From: a virus
Lineage: Duplodnaviria; Caudoviricetes
IMG/VR virus record: IMGVR_UViG_3300028833_003520
DNA: 64,000 nt
Reading direction: 5' to 3' (one strand)
Under the pieces are notes generated by a model. The model was not told the DNA's origin. It did no database searches and saw nothing but the letters and a program-made list of their open reading frames with translations. A program made the position numbers and the translations under genes. Of this stretch, positions 49,201-58,357 are shown one piece after another (the first letter of the stretch is position 1; the number at the start of each line of letters is the position of its first letter).

Positions 49201-49932
49201 TCTCTTGAGACCAACCTTTGACTGTTTTTCATTAAGGAGTGAAACATCAATATAACGGTTAGTCATAAGCAGGTTCTTACGAATGAGGTAAGGTACAGAG
49301 TTGTAGTTGTCCTTTGACCACAGTTTGTGCTTCGCATCATAAGTGGTCAAAAGTCTTTTCCACATACAAGGCTTGAACTTCGGTGAGAACAAATCATCAT
49401 TGTACATACGCATACGTTTAGCCGAAATAGGCTGAAACTGCGAAGTTACCTGCTGTGTGACATAGCCAGGCGGCATATTAGCAGGTGGATTCTTGAACTT
49501 GGCAGGATAGCACTCGTACATATATAAAGCGTACATAGTGGTATCATAGTTAGCACCATTGTAGTTCAAGAAATACGGATAGTCGTCGTCATTGTAGTTT
49601 GGGTCTGTATCGCAGACCAAACGGAAATCAGACGGGAAATTCGACTTTGAATTAGGGTCGTTAATAAGTTCGGCATCAGATAATCCGAAAAACTGTGCCA
49701 ATATTCTGTTACCTAACTCAAAGCGTAGGTCGTAGAAGTTAATCTTTTTCGGAGAGAAATTTCTGTTCTTCTCCAAAATCCTTTTGGTGAGATTATCTTC
49801 GAAGTTCGGGTCGGTGAGAAGTTCAGGTGTATCGACAAGGAAGAATACATCAGCAATGTTTTCTTCCTTTCTGACGTTACACAAAGTGAATACATTCTCC
49901 AATGACTCGATATCATATAAATTAGTCTTCAT
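46231..49932 (-). CDS. Family B DNA polymerase with proofreading exonuclease and long acidic C-terminal tail
   Basis: ExoI YDIE, ExoII YNGANYD, ExoIII YNISD; motif A DFTSYYP, motif B KLILNSASG, motif C NTDG. Confidence 0.9.
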   Translation of the reverse strand: MKTNLYDIESLENVFTLCNVRKEENIADVFFLVDTPELLTDPNFEDNLTKRILEKNRNFSPKKINFYDLRFELGNRILAQFFGLSDAELINDPNSKSNFPSDFRLVCDTDPNYNDDDYPYFLNYNGANYDTTMYALYMYECYPAKFKNPPANMPPGYVTQQVTSQFQPISAKRMRMYNDDLFSPKFKPCMWKRLLTTYDAKHKLWSKDNYNSVPYLIRKNLLMTNRYIDVSLLNEKQSKVGLKRLLGMLGYQILESDKLKNKTTIETIDELYDLIAYNISDCVNLGMLFEHPYYQGQFVLKRGLLKTYPELIYEKKKDEYKPDIQPSKVSKWRLCIDSSSSQFAAKALCPYGHLKDIPTVSFMYPSENKAKELGITRVNVLDEAKKFFYAKFSQPELRARFDNVYNYYKAFEGKNFNEGKNYLEDYGDENGVLPPELRPYKPKDIPKVNTCLPYFYADGSQSTCFAVFSIGGVHGAECNLALYQYDHEVWTRQMADLNFAKLQYPNPVDLHIAKEITMPDGRVLPSSAFIKSGATKKQAEWKRFEDNEPMLFKEDSDPKKGWKLNTDYTYTSADPTNHEDFTSYYPNLLRMMEAFYNPGLGYDRYAEIFDNKQKYGKLMKDKSLPKEERDLYSVLREGTKLILNSASGAGDVAYETNIRMNNAILSMRIIGQLFSWRIGQAQTYAGAKITSTNTDGLYSVLDASINNPLLEKESADIGVEIEPEPTYLISKDSNNRLEMNPDTGEIESASGGTLGCRKGPTPTKALSHPALIDWALAEYLVVAALRAAPTLGMDLPFDDEVGRKILESAFAKTNTREEKTKFLTLAQNVIASSPGSMTYIFGINDNNENIMMQHYNRIFLVKSDVPNTVRLSSATAKALTPAMINKRRKDNERLQQHDPIALQILSANGVSLNEIPSTSEAAFSKVTNIEVEWKVLIENGDLYYLDESRLDDIIADLDIDKYLYLLRNAFTSSWMNKTPPDEIPAGIVVKPRGGGKKKKEKKEETPAVEVNTVKEPIIEEKNQPSPSEPEFATFVRTPSVSDGIEEESDKQEAYSYAEDYIRSQGTLEEIEVMDNGTLEEKMGIWKMHGLLDDEPESIVSPDSSEETEKVPSTTTDSGMYVPIDIDEPLVLTEQAVTPIVESEPSTEEPSTEEPSTEEPSTEEPSTEEPSTEDKKTYAYIASDNLEENTLENVNKAIAELSASEKLDKIKALLVDYKDNQSIILTEIDKIVNS
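46415..46506. repeat. Perfect 15-bp tandem repeat x6 (TCTTCAGTAGAAGGT) encoding (EPSTE)n
   Basis: Directly visible. Confidence 0.98.
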
Positions 49933-50509
49933 CGGAGTCTTTCCTTTCGTTTGAGATGTAGTTTATATGCTTCGTAAGGAGCGTAACGATTTGGTCAGCA
50001 GTCATTGATAAATCTAAATGAATACCATTGAATTTATCACTCTTGCTGTTGATTCCATTAAGGTACTTAATGGCAGTTCCGCCTGCATCAGCGAATCCGT
50101 TCAGATTGTCGTTCCAATCATCAATGATAACATCATCTAAAGACAGAATGCGTCCGTTGATGTGTGTATGTGATTGGGAAAATTTTATTGCTTCAGCGAT
50201 GTTTCTTTTGTCACACATAGCAGCAATAAAATGTTTATCAATATCGAGGTTCGGGATATATCTCTTAATCCATTCGATTTTATCTTCAATCTGAACTAAA
50301 GCGATAGAGCCGACATTAGATACTGTCGTTAGAATATCGACAGGATATCCTAACTTGATGAGACGTTTTGTTACTTCAAGCATCTTTGTGTCGGGTGGTA
50401 AATCCCTATAATAATGCTTTGAGATGTCCAAAAATAATGGATTGTCGCCTACATAGGCAGTTGCGTCATATTTGACGAGGACACCATCCATATCTACATA
50501 GAAATGCAT
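49922..50509 (-). CDS. HAD-family 5'(3')-deoxyribonucleotidase-like protein
   Basis: YVDMDGVL, ILT, K.EW, IIDD. Confidence 0.8.
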   Translation of the reverse strand: MHFYVDMDGVLVKYDATAYVGDNPLFLDISKHYYRDLPPDTKMLEVTKRLIKLGYPVDILTTVSNVGSIALVQIEDKIEWIKRYIPNLDIDKHFIAAMCDKRNIAEAIKFSQSHTHINGRILSLDDVIIDDWNDNLNGFADAGGTAIKYLNGINSKSDKFNGIHLDLSMTADQIVTLLTKHINYISNERKDSDED

Positions 50510-50530
50510 TATTTTGGTTCTCCTTTCTAA

Positions 50531-52195
50531 TTATTCTTCTGATGTAGTAACTGATGAATCATCAGTTGCAACTGTTGAAGCAACTCTCTGAAGACCTCTA
50601 AATACTTGAGTATTGGCGAGGTTCGGTGTGCAAAGTGCGGCATTGTCGTTGCCGTGATAATTTGCACGCATCCAATTCGTAAGTCCGTAAGTGGCTATCA
50701 TATATTCAGGTTTATCCATTCTGTGAGCGACTTTAACGGTGGTTTGTTTATCGCCATACCAGTTAGGGTCGTCTTTAACAACATTCAGCAAGTCATTGAT
50801 GAATGTGTTTTTGCCCTGAATTGCTCCTGAAGGCGAGTTCAATTTGAACCAAGCCTTGTAGAGTTCATATAAGAAGCCAAAAGGAAGAAGGTCCCAAGCG
50901 AGATTGTCTGATACTTCTCCCCAGAACTGACGAATCGGGTCATTAAATGACTTGTATTCGTCAAGAATGTTCTTACACGCTGTAGGTTCTGAAAGAACAT
51001 AGTAGTTCATATTGAGAACTTTTTTCATAACGTATTCAAGAACTTCGGGTCTGTGGAGATAATCATCTTTGATGTATCTACGCTCGTGACCTGTGAAGCA
51101 CTTTTCGAATGGTATAAAGAGTTGTCTTCTGTAGAAAGAGTCACTCTTATCTTTGATACGAGGGAATTCATTGAGACACTGCACCATAAAGCCCCAAAAC
51201 TGATAGGCTATAGGTGTTTTGAATTTACGGTTGATTTGAATAACATCATTCGTAATGACAGCCTTAACATTAGCGGCTTTGTCAATGAATGTACCGACAT
51301 CGTTTTCATCAACGATAATAGCGGTTGCTCTTGTTAATGGTTCGAGAACAAAGTCCTTACCAAACTCGGATAAAGGAATACTTGCGTATGCACCTGCCCC
51401 ACAGAGTTGTCGCATAAGTTCGCATAATGTTCCTTTACCGTTGTTACCTGTTTCTGAATAGAACCAGGCTGATTTGTTCCAACGGACGTTTGGTCTGATG
51501 ATTGCTCCTAATATTTCCCATATTACTTGAACGATTTCGGGGTCATCGGACAGGTCGTTTACCCAAGATTCAACGTCCCAATCAGTATCATCAATGACGT
51601 TATGTATGACGACATTGGTGGCATTGGGCTTGTAATTGACCTTTGACTTTGTAAGGAAAACATATTTAGGGTCGAAATTATATAACTGTTTATCAGCATA
51701 ATTAAATATGCCGTTGTTTACAGCAATTAAGTCAGGGTCAGTACACCTGTTAGTTCTTGGTACTCTGTCACGAAGAGCGATAATAACTTCTGAGAAGTCT
51801 TTGCTTGTCAGATTATAGTTAAACTGCCTTGCAAGTTTACGTAAAGATTCTTCTGAAGTTAGATATATTCCTTCATCTGGACCGTCATACTGGTATATAG
51901 CGAGTAGGTCATAGTCTGTGTCGGAGTTCTCTCCTGCACAGGCAATTTTACAGATGGGATAGATTTTAGCGAGGATAGCGGCGATTTGTGCGTTGCTGAG
52001 TGTATCAGGTATCTTCCATTTCATACCTTTATCAGCGACAGTATTATACTCGTCGAATTTGCTGTGAATAGCATCCAATAATCCTACTTCAATCTCTGCA
52101 ATCTCTGCTGCTGTGTATTGCTTAGTATCATCTAACGTCTGAATATAATCTTCAGTTACAGATGCAAGGACTTGATTCTTGGTGGTCAAGTCCAT
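50531..52195 (-). CDS. D5/P4-family primase-associated SF3 helicase
   Basis: IAVNNGI (D5_N), Walker A GNNGKGT, Walker B IVDE, CLN, RR..IPF. Confidence 0.9.
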   Translation of the reverse strand: MDLTTKNQVLASVTEDYIQTLDDTKQYTAAEIAEIEVGLLDAIHSKFDEYNTVADKGMKWKIPDTLSNAQIAAILAKIYPICKIACAGENSDTDYDLLAIYQYDGPDEGIYLTSEESLRKLARQFNYNLTSKDFSEVIIALRDRVPRTNRCTDPDLIAVNNGIFNYADKQLYNFDPKYVFLTKSKVNYKPNATNVVIHNVIDDTDWDVESWVNDLSDDPEIVQVIWEILGAIIRPNVRWNKSAWFYSETGNNGKGTLCELMRQLCGAGAYASIPLSEFGKDFVLEPLTRATAIIVDENDVGTFIDKAANVKAVITNDVIQINRKFKTPIAYQFWGFMVQCLNEFPRIKDKSDSFYRRQLFIPFEKCFTGHERRYIKDDYLHRPEVLEYVMKKVLNMNYYVLSEPTACKNILDEYKSFNDPIRQFWGEVSDNLAWDLLPFGFLYELYKAWFKLNSPSGAIQGKNTFINDLLNVVKDDPNWYGDKQTTVKVAHRMDKPEYMIATYGLTNWMRANYHGNDNAALCTPNLANTQVFRGLQRVASTVATDDSSVTTSEE

Positions 52196-52272
52196 ACTAT
52201 TTATGTTCTCCTTTCTTCAGAAGGAACTTTTGTAATAAATATACTCATTTATGAAAAGTTCCGTCCTCATAA

Positions 52273-52301
52273 TCATATCAAAAGTTTTATGTTACTTCAA
52301 G
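52273..52301 (-). promoter_or_regulatory. Sigma-A promoter of the helicase-polymerase operon
   Basis: Minus strand TTGAAG-17-TATGAT with TG extension. Confidence 0.6.
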
Positions 52302-52539
52302 TTACATTTTCCAATTTTTATAGAACTTTTGGAAAAAATTGAGGCTGGCAATCGGAATGCCAGAGGGTTGCCGATGTACATCATTCAACCTGATATTTCG
52401 ATTGACAGGCAGACCGCCTGTTCTTTTCTCTTTACTGAATGGTTTCAAAAACTATTCGGGAAATTGTTTGCCTCAAAAGGCGGTAGCAGAATTTTTTTCA
52501 AAAATGACACCGCCTTTTGCTTAAATCATATTTGAAAAC

Positions 52540-53510
52540 GGGTAGAACTGCCTTAATACAAGGCTTTGGTCAGGTTTTAATGGTGGTATCAGAATGTATC
52601 AGATTTTTTCCGAAATATGATACATTCTGCTGAGCGATTAGCAATATGCACAGACAAAGAGATATTCCTTTGTGCAATATGTATCAAAAATGAAGGTCAA
52701 AAATATAGAGCAAAATGACTTTTCTACATTAAATAAAGATTTAATATGTCTTTATTTAATAGATAATAATGCATTATTAAATAGATAATAATCATTTAAT
52801 AAGTGGTGCATAATATGGGTGAGTTTACATAAAATAAAGGTTAAACTTAAAATTTTGGCTGAAAAGGGTGCCTTTTCGTGAAAATGTATCATTTTTACAG
52901 AAAAATATGACACCGAAGGTAAAACGCTGGGAATGCCTATGAAATAAGGGTTACAGGCTCTTTTTACGCTGATAGCCAAAAACAAAATGTATCATATTTT
53001 TTGAGTCCGAAAAAAATATGATACCGTTGAAACCCTTTATTTATCTATATTTTTAACCAAATGTATCATATGTATCATATTTTTCCAAGTCAATATATAG
53101 GAGATTTTGCTTTGTAAAATGGTTTCTTAAACTATTTTCAAAACTATTCCTAATCCCTTTTCCTGTAAAATTGAAAAATTATCTATATAAGGTTTCAGAA
53201 AAATATGCTACTTTTGATACTCCATATATGGAGTGCCTTAATTATCGTGAATAAATAAATACTTATTAAGTATTTAATATGTATTTATTAAGTATTTAAT
53301 AAATAGTCGATAATTATGGATGCTTTCTTCCCTGTACGACTTAATGAAGTATTATTAAGTCATTTATATCTCTGTTAAAAAGAATATAAAACTGTGCTAA
53401 AAATGGTTGTAAAAGTCCATTAAAAATATGATACAAATGATACAATATCTCTAAAGCCTTATTTTATAAGGGTTTTGAGGGTATCAGATTTTAAGTAGCA
53501 ACATTTTTAG
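52540..53510. other. Putative replication origin with iteron-like inverted and direct repeats and AT-rich tracts
   Basis: About a dozen GTATCA/TGATAC cores, often as ATGTATCATATTTTT or AAAAATATGATAC; at the strand switch beside the helicase. Confidence 0.7.
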
Positions 53511-53700
53511 AGGTAAAAAAAATGTGTAACCTTAACGATTACACATTTTCAGAGTGTTGTACAACTCATAATGACCTCCGTTCTGGGTCTAAAAAGTATT
53601 CAATCGTTGTTTGGGCGACCGAACAGGGAGCAGATTAGCCGAACATTGAATGCTTATGCGTAATTTCGTTGCGAATTATGTGCCAATTTTCGAAAATCTC

Positions 53701-53729
53701 TTGACATATGAGGATTTATTGCCTATACT
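53701..53729 (+). promoter_or_regulatory. Sigma-A promoter
   Basis: TTGACA-17-TATACT. Confidence 0.7.
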
Positions 53730-53773
53730 TGACATTGTAATATGCATTAGATATGAAATGCTTTATCTCTGCG

Positions 53774-53811
53774 AGGACTCTGTTTGTGGTGGGACAGAGT
53801 TCTTTTATTTT
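53774..53811 (+). terminator. Intrinsic terminator
   Basis: aggactctgtt / gacagagttct stem followed by TTTTATTTT. Confidence 0.7.
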
Positions 53812-53833
53812 GGCAGAAAAAATGCAAAATTGC

Positions 53834-53862
53834 TTGATATATGAGGAAATTTGACTTATAAT
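53834..53862 (+). promoter_or_regulatory. Sigma-A promoter of recJ
   Basis: TTGATA-17-TATAAT. Confidence 0.75.
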
Positions 53863-53909
53863 TACAATGTAGTATTAAAAAAAATAAATTCAAGGAGAAT
53901 CATTTTTAT

Positions 53910-55586
53910 ATGAACAGACTTGTCAAAAAGACGCTTGAAAATCGTGGTTATACTGAGGAGTTTTTGAACGACATTAACTGTGCAGACCACGATGTTCTTA
54001 AGGATTCTGATATTCTTTGTCAGAGATTAAGAAGTATATTCGAAGCGAAAAAGCATCTTGTTATAATTCCTGACTTTGATATGGACGGAATTATGTCAGG
54101 TGTAGTAGGTTTTGCAGGACTTGCCGAACTCGGTTTTAATGTATCTCTTTTTATCCCTAATCCGCAGGATGGCTACGGTTTCGGTAGAGATACGATATAC
54201 CGCTTAACAAAACAGTACCCTACTGTTAATGCCATTATCACCTGTGATGTTGGTATTTCTTGTTATGATGGTATTGATTATGCAAAGAGTCTCGGTCTGG
54301 AAGTCTTGATTACTGACCATCATATTCAGGAAAAGGAAAATTCAGCAGATGTAACCGTTGACCCGAATCGTATGGATGAGGTATATAGTCACCCTGGCAT
54401 CTGCGGTGCGTATGTACTCTATCAGGTGTTGCAGCAGTACGCTGATACTTATACTGATATAGATATGCAGGAGCAGATTTCAAGACTGCGTGTATTTGCA
54501 GGTATCGGAACGGTTTCTGATATGATGCCTTTGCTGTATGAAAACCGAGAGTTAGTCCTCGAAGCAGTTGATATTTGCAGACTGATTTACGGGAATGGAA
54601 ATCAGTTCATAGTAAATTCAATACCTGGCTGCGATACATATAGAAGAGCATTTTATGGACTTTATGTCACGTTAAATGCTTTCGCTAATGCAGGTAAGAT
54701 AAGTGATTCGGATAGTATAGACGAAATTTTCTTCGGATATTATCTTGCACCTACTTTCAACTGTATTAAGAGAATGGGTAAGGAAATGGAGAACGCCTTT
54801 GGTGTTTTCTTTGACGCTGAACCTGAGGTCCGTGTGAACAACCTCATAATGTGGAACGAGGAACGTAAGCAGTTGGAACAGAACTATATGCAAGAAATTG
54901 CAGGGCGTGACCAGCCTTACGCTCCATATATTTATTTGACAAGTGCTCCTGGTGGATTTGTCGGACTCTTGGCTAATAAGTTAATGCTCATCTCAGGTGT
55001 ACCTACTCTTGTTTTGTCAGAGTGCAATGGTCAGTATAGTGGCTCTGGACGTTCACCTGGATGGTATCCTTTCGTTGAAAGGGTATCAGCCGAAGGTTAT
55101 TCTGCTATGGGTCATAACTCAGCGTTTGGTATCGGATTTACAGATAAGAGGGAACTTAAGAGTTACTATGCTTTTATCGTAGAAGATGTAACAAACCTGC
55201 TCGCTGAATTACCTGAGGAGAAGGAAGTCTTTGACTTCGTTATTGCAGAAGATGGTACAGGTGATACTGCAATTGATATTTTCCTTTTTGCAGATTATCT
55301 GCAGGAGATTAAGAAGTACAGACCGTTTGGTCAGGGCTTCCCTGCACCCAAGATTCTGCTTAAAGTACAGCCGTCCGAGTGTGAATTTACCTGTATTGGT
55401 AAATTGAAGCAGCACCTTAAGGTTAAGATGGGGTACGGATTTGAGGTACTCCTTTGGAATCAGGCTCCGCTTATCAATAAGGCTACTTCTACTGAGCCGA
55501 TGTACGTCTCTGGTAACCTCAGTATGTCGGAGTTTAATGAGAAGATTACTTTTACATTCGTAGGAACGGTGATGGAAAATGTCTAA
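53910..55586 (+). CDS. recJ: RecJ-like DHH ssDNA exonuclease
   Basis: DFDMDG, GYG, ITCDVG, ITDHH, GTVSD..PL..ENR, GSGRS, GH..A.G, PFGQG. Confidence 0.9.
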   Translation: MNRLVKKTLENRGYTEEFLNDINCADHDVLKDSDILCQRLRSIFEAKKHLVIIPDFDMDGIMSGVVGFAGLAELGFNVSLFIPNPQDGYGFGRDTIYRLTKQYPTVNAIITCDVGISCYDGIDYAKSLGLEVLITDHHIQEKENSADVTVDPNRMDEVYSHPGICGAYVLYQVLQQYADTYTDIDMQEQISRLRVFAGIGTVSDMMPLLYENRELVLEAVDICRLIYGNGNQFIVNSIPGCDTYRRAFYGLYVTLNAFANAGKISDSDSIDEIFFGYYLAPTFNCIKRMGKEMENAFGVFFDAEPEVRVNNLIMWNEERKQLEQNYMQEIAGRDQPYAPYIYLTSAPGGFVGLLANKLMLISGVPTLVLSECNGQYSGSGRSPGWYPFVERVSAEGYSAMGHNSAFGIGFTDKRELKSYYAFIVEDVTNLLAELPEEKEVFDFVIAEDGTGDTAIDIFLFADYLQEIKKYRPFGQGFPAPKILLKVQPSECEFTCIGKLKQHLKVKMGYGFEVLLWNQAPLINKATSTEPMYVSGNLSMSEFNEKITFTFVGTVMENV

Positions 55587-56334
55587 ATCTTTGAAAGACA
55601 ACTTCATTACATTTGGAGTACCCTTTCTTGCTTTGATTGGGTACTTCATTTTGTCAATGCTATGTTTGGAATTTATACCAAGTGCATTTTTAGTAGCATT
55701 TATAGTAGATACTGTCGTGACCGTAATAGGTCTTATTTACATTAAAGGCTACTTACGCAAAAGACAGCCTGTAAGTGACCGTTTACAGATAAAAGCAAAG
55801 CACATTATTGGTGTTGCTGTGTATATGGTGGTTGCAGAGTTTATCGCACAGTGTGCGTCTAATTGGGTTTACTCGTTGGGCGACAAAGCATTTGACTCTT
55901 ATTCTGATTCTATGGGTGATTTGGATTTAGTGTATGCACTATTGACAGTCTTTATAGCACCAATTGCTGAGGAAGTTTTGATGCGAGGCATCATCTTCGG
56001 AAGTCTTAGAAGGAAGAATATATTAGTAGCATACATTGCATCTACTTTAGTCTTTGTGATGATGCACGGTACTCTTACCCATATACCCGTCACACTCGTA
56101 TTTGGTATCTTTATGGCTTTCGTTTACGATATAACAGGACGTATTAGATACCCTGCTTTGTTACATCTCTTAAGTAACGGATTGGCTATTATTATGGGAC
56201 AGTTGAAAGTTCCTTCGGTACTTGTAAGTGGTCCTGTTGTATCGGTATTTTACGTTACATTGTTCACTTTAACCGTCGGGTTTATAGTTGGTTATTATAA
56301 GAGACACGACGGTTTGAGAGTAAAATCTGAATAA
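55579..56334 (+). CDS. CPBP (CAAX/Abi) intramembrane metalloprotease
   Basis: APIAEEVLMRG, F...H, H...N; multiple TMs. Confidence 0.88.
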   Translation: MSKSLKDNFITFGVPFLALIGYFILSMLCLEFIPSAFLVAFIVDTVVTVIGLIYIKGYLRKRQPVSDRLQIKAKHIIGVAVYMVVAEFIAQCASNWVYSLGDKAFDSYSDSMGDLDLVYALLTVFIAPIAEEVLMRGIIFGSLRRKNILVAYIASTLVFVMMHGTLTHIPVTLVFGIFMAFVYDITGRIRYPALLHLLSNGLAIIMGQLKVPSVLVSGPVVSVFYVTLFTLTVGFIVGYYKRHDGLRVKSE

Positions 56335-56378
56335 ACCAACAATGTATTTCTGCTTGTCAGAAAGACAATTAGAGAATG

Positions 56379-56419
56379 AAGCCCTGTCGGTTTGATAGAC
56401 CATTCAGGGCTTTTATTTT
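56379..56419 (+). terminator. Intrinsic terminator
   Basis: aagccctg...cagggctt followed by T run. Confidence 0.75.
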
Positions 56420-56725
56420 GCCTTGTATGCGTCCCATTTTGGTACGGAGTGTAATTTATCGTTTGGTACATTTCAAGTGCAAAATGAGGCACATACGGAA
56501 GGTATAATCACAATAACATTGGTACTCATTATCATCATTTTATGCTGTTTTGCGAGTGTACCGTTAGTTAGTCGCAAAGTATTTAATTGAATTATTAAAT
56601 ATTTAATAATTGTATTTTAATAGTAATAATAATTATTGTAATTAAATAGGAAGAAAATAAATAGTTTAAGTAACTATTTGTTAAATAGTTAATAAAATAG
56701 TTTTCGAAACTGTTTTTATATTGAG

Positions 56726-56768
56726 AAAAAAAAAATGAGGGTACAATAGGAAGCCCTATCGTACCCTC
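56726..56768 (-). terminator. Intrinsic terminator
   Basis: gagggtac.atagg / cctat.gtaccctc stem with U10 on the minus strand. Confidence 0.8.
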
Positions 56769-56787
56769 GGTGAAGGTGTATGGTTAC

Positions 56788-57813
56788 TTAGTCTTCGACT
56801 AAGATGCCGTTACTCATATGGTAACCAGAAGGTGTTCCATACTTGTTCACATAGGATGATACACTCATCGTGTCTCCGCAGGAGCAAGTATAACCTGTTA
56901 TGGTTTTCTTGGTTACTGTCTTGGTCTCTGTACCTAACTGTTCGTAACCAACGATGACTTCCTCCTGGTACGTTTCAGTTGTTGTACCTACCTGAACCTT
57001 GTCTGTGTATGTGGATGCTGAACCTGTATTGTATCTGAGCCAATCTTTCATATTGTTCTTATCACTAAGGTCATCGTCCCACATACCGCTTGACTTCCAC
57101 TCGGCTCTACCGCCATTTTCCCACGCTACGGTTACATCACGACCATTGATATCGAACTGATGGTTCTCATATACAGGAACCTTCTTTGTCTTGGTCTGTG
57201 TTTCGTAAATGGGCTTATCGTAATCGTTAGTTGTACCGTCCTTGGCATACTTCTGTACTGTGACAGTTTCAGTTGTTGTACCGTATGTTGGTGTGTAACT
57301 GTGAGAATGTGCCTGTGTAGGTGCAGTAGTCGGCTCTGCCGTAGGTGTTGCTGTCGGTACAGGTGTCGGAGTGGATGTTGCCTGTGTTGTACCACTTGTA
57401 GGTGCAGTAGTGGGTGCTGTTGTCGGCGTATTTGTCGGTACAGGTGTAGGCGTTGCTGTAGCCTTAGTTGTACCGTTAGTCGGCTGAGTTGTGTTACCAC
57501 TACCACCGTTTGTGGTGCTATTTGTTCCACTGTTTGCTGATGAATTGTTGGTGCTTGAACCGATGGATTCATCTGTATAATCAGTAGAAATATCTACATC
57601 AGAAGCATTTGTGCTCTCATTTGTTTCTGATGTTGTGTTGCCACTTTCGATGGGCGTGCCGTCCTCGTTAGTGGCAATGGTCTCGGTTGTTGATACATCA
57701 ATGGGTGTATCGGTCTTGGTTGACTTGTTGCAGGAAACTACGAGAACGATTACTGCAACTATTGCTATCACGACCATTAAAGAGGCTGTGATTAAGAGAT
57801 ACTTCTTTTTCAT
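56788..57813 (-). CDS. Exported or membrane-anchored Thr/Pro-rich protein
   Basis: N-terminal hydrophobic helix, TPTP linker, HSHSY...C.CG C-terminal domain. Confidence 0.8.
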   Translation of the reverse strand: MKKKYLLITASLMVVIAIVAVIVLVVSCNKSTKTDTPIDVSTTETIATNEDGTPIESGNTTSETNESTNASDVDISTDYTDESIGSSTNNSSANSGTNSTTNGGSGNTTQPTNGTTKATATPTPVPTNTPTTAPTTAPTSGTTQATSTPTPVPTATPTAEPTTAPTQAHSHSYTPTYGTTTETVTVQKYAKDGTTNDYDKPIYETQTKTKKVPVYENHQFDINGRDVTVAWENGGRAEWKSSGMWDDDLSDKNNMKDWLRYNTGSASTYTDKVQVGTTTETYQEEVIVGYEQLGTETKTVTKKTITGYTCSCGDTMSVSSYVNKYGTPSGYHMSNGILVED

Positions 57814-58180
57814 AGTCTTAACTCCTTATTTATCAAAATAATCTTTGTTTTGTACTTTAATGAACTTCTTAAAAAGTTCATTCTAAATACACCTTCAAGG
57901 GTGGAATGGGCAACCGAACAGGTTGTAACTTCGCACGTAGATTTGTGTCAAATCCTCTAATCAGTATTGCTTGTCAAATGCACCAATTTGTCCAAGCAAT
58001 TATTAGTGAGTGCGAACGAACTTTGGGCTGCCGAACCCTTAATCAATTTTAGCACAAAGTTTGTACCAATTGTACCGATATTTGCTTCGAGAAGTCGGAG
58101 CAGAAGTGTCTTAAATTGACATCATTTTGTACTCATAAAATGGTACGGAAATGATGGCGTTTATCGGTGCAATCATTATA

Positions 58181-58357
58181 CGAAACTTGGTTTCGTTGAG
58201 GGCAACCCGAAGACAGTCCAGTGGACTGTTGAGGGCGAGATGCAAGGCATCGAGTGAGGGCTTTCGGAGCCTTTGGCGGAGAAAGTGCGAGCCTTCTCGG
58301 AAGGCGATGCAGGGATGTCGGCTATGCCGACCGCACCGTAAGGTGTGTCATCCCCCC
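58181..58357. other. Cluster of short GC-rich hairpins, mostly triloops (possible single-strand origin or ssDNA signal)
   Basis: Eight adjacent inverted repeats in about 175 nt. Confidence 0.55.

Noticed and set aside
1-52195. Alternative genetic code (stop-codon recoding)
   Set aside because: Known genes are full length under code 11 and coding density is high
763-52535. Plus-strand ORFs and alternate-frame minus ORFs in the first 52 kb (e.g. 9176-9967, 38248-38949, 46227-46556)
   Set aside because: Shadows of real minus-strand genes; no RBS; the LLLKN repeat ORF is another frame of the PolB repeat
53612-53650. LexA/DinR SOS boxes from CGAAC words
   Set aside because: Only half-sites; no CGAAC-N4-GTTCG palindrome
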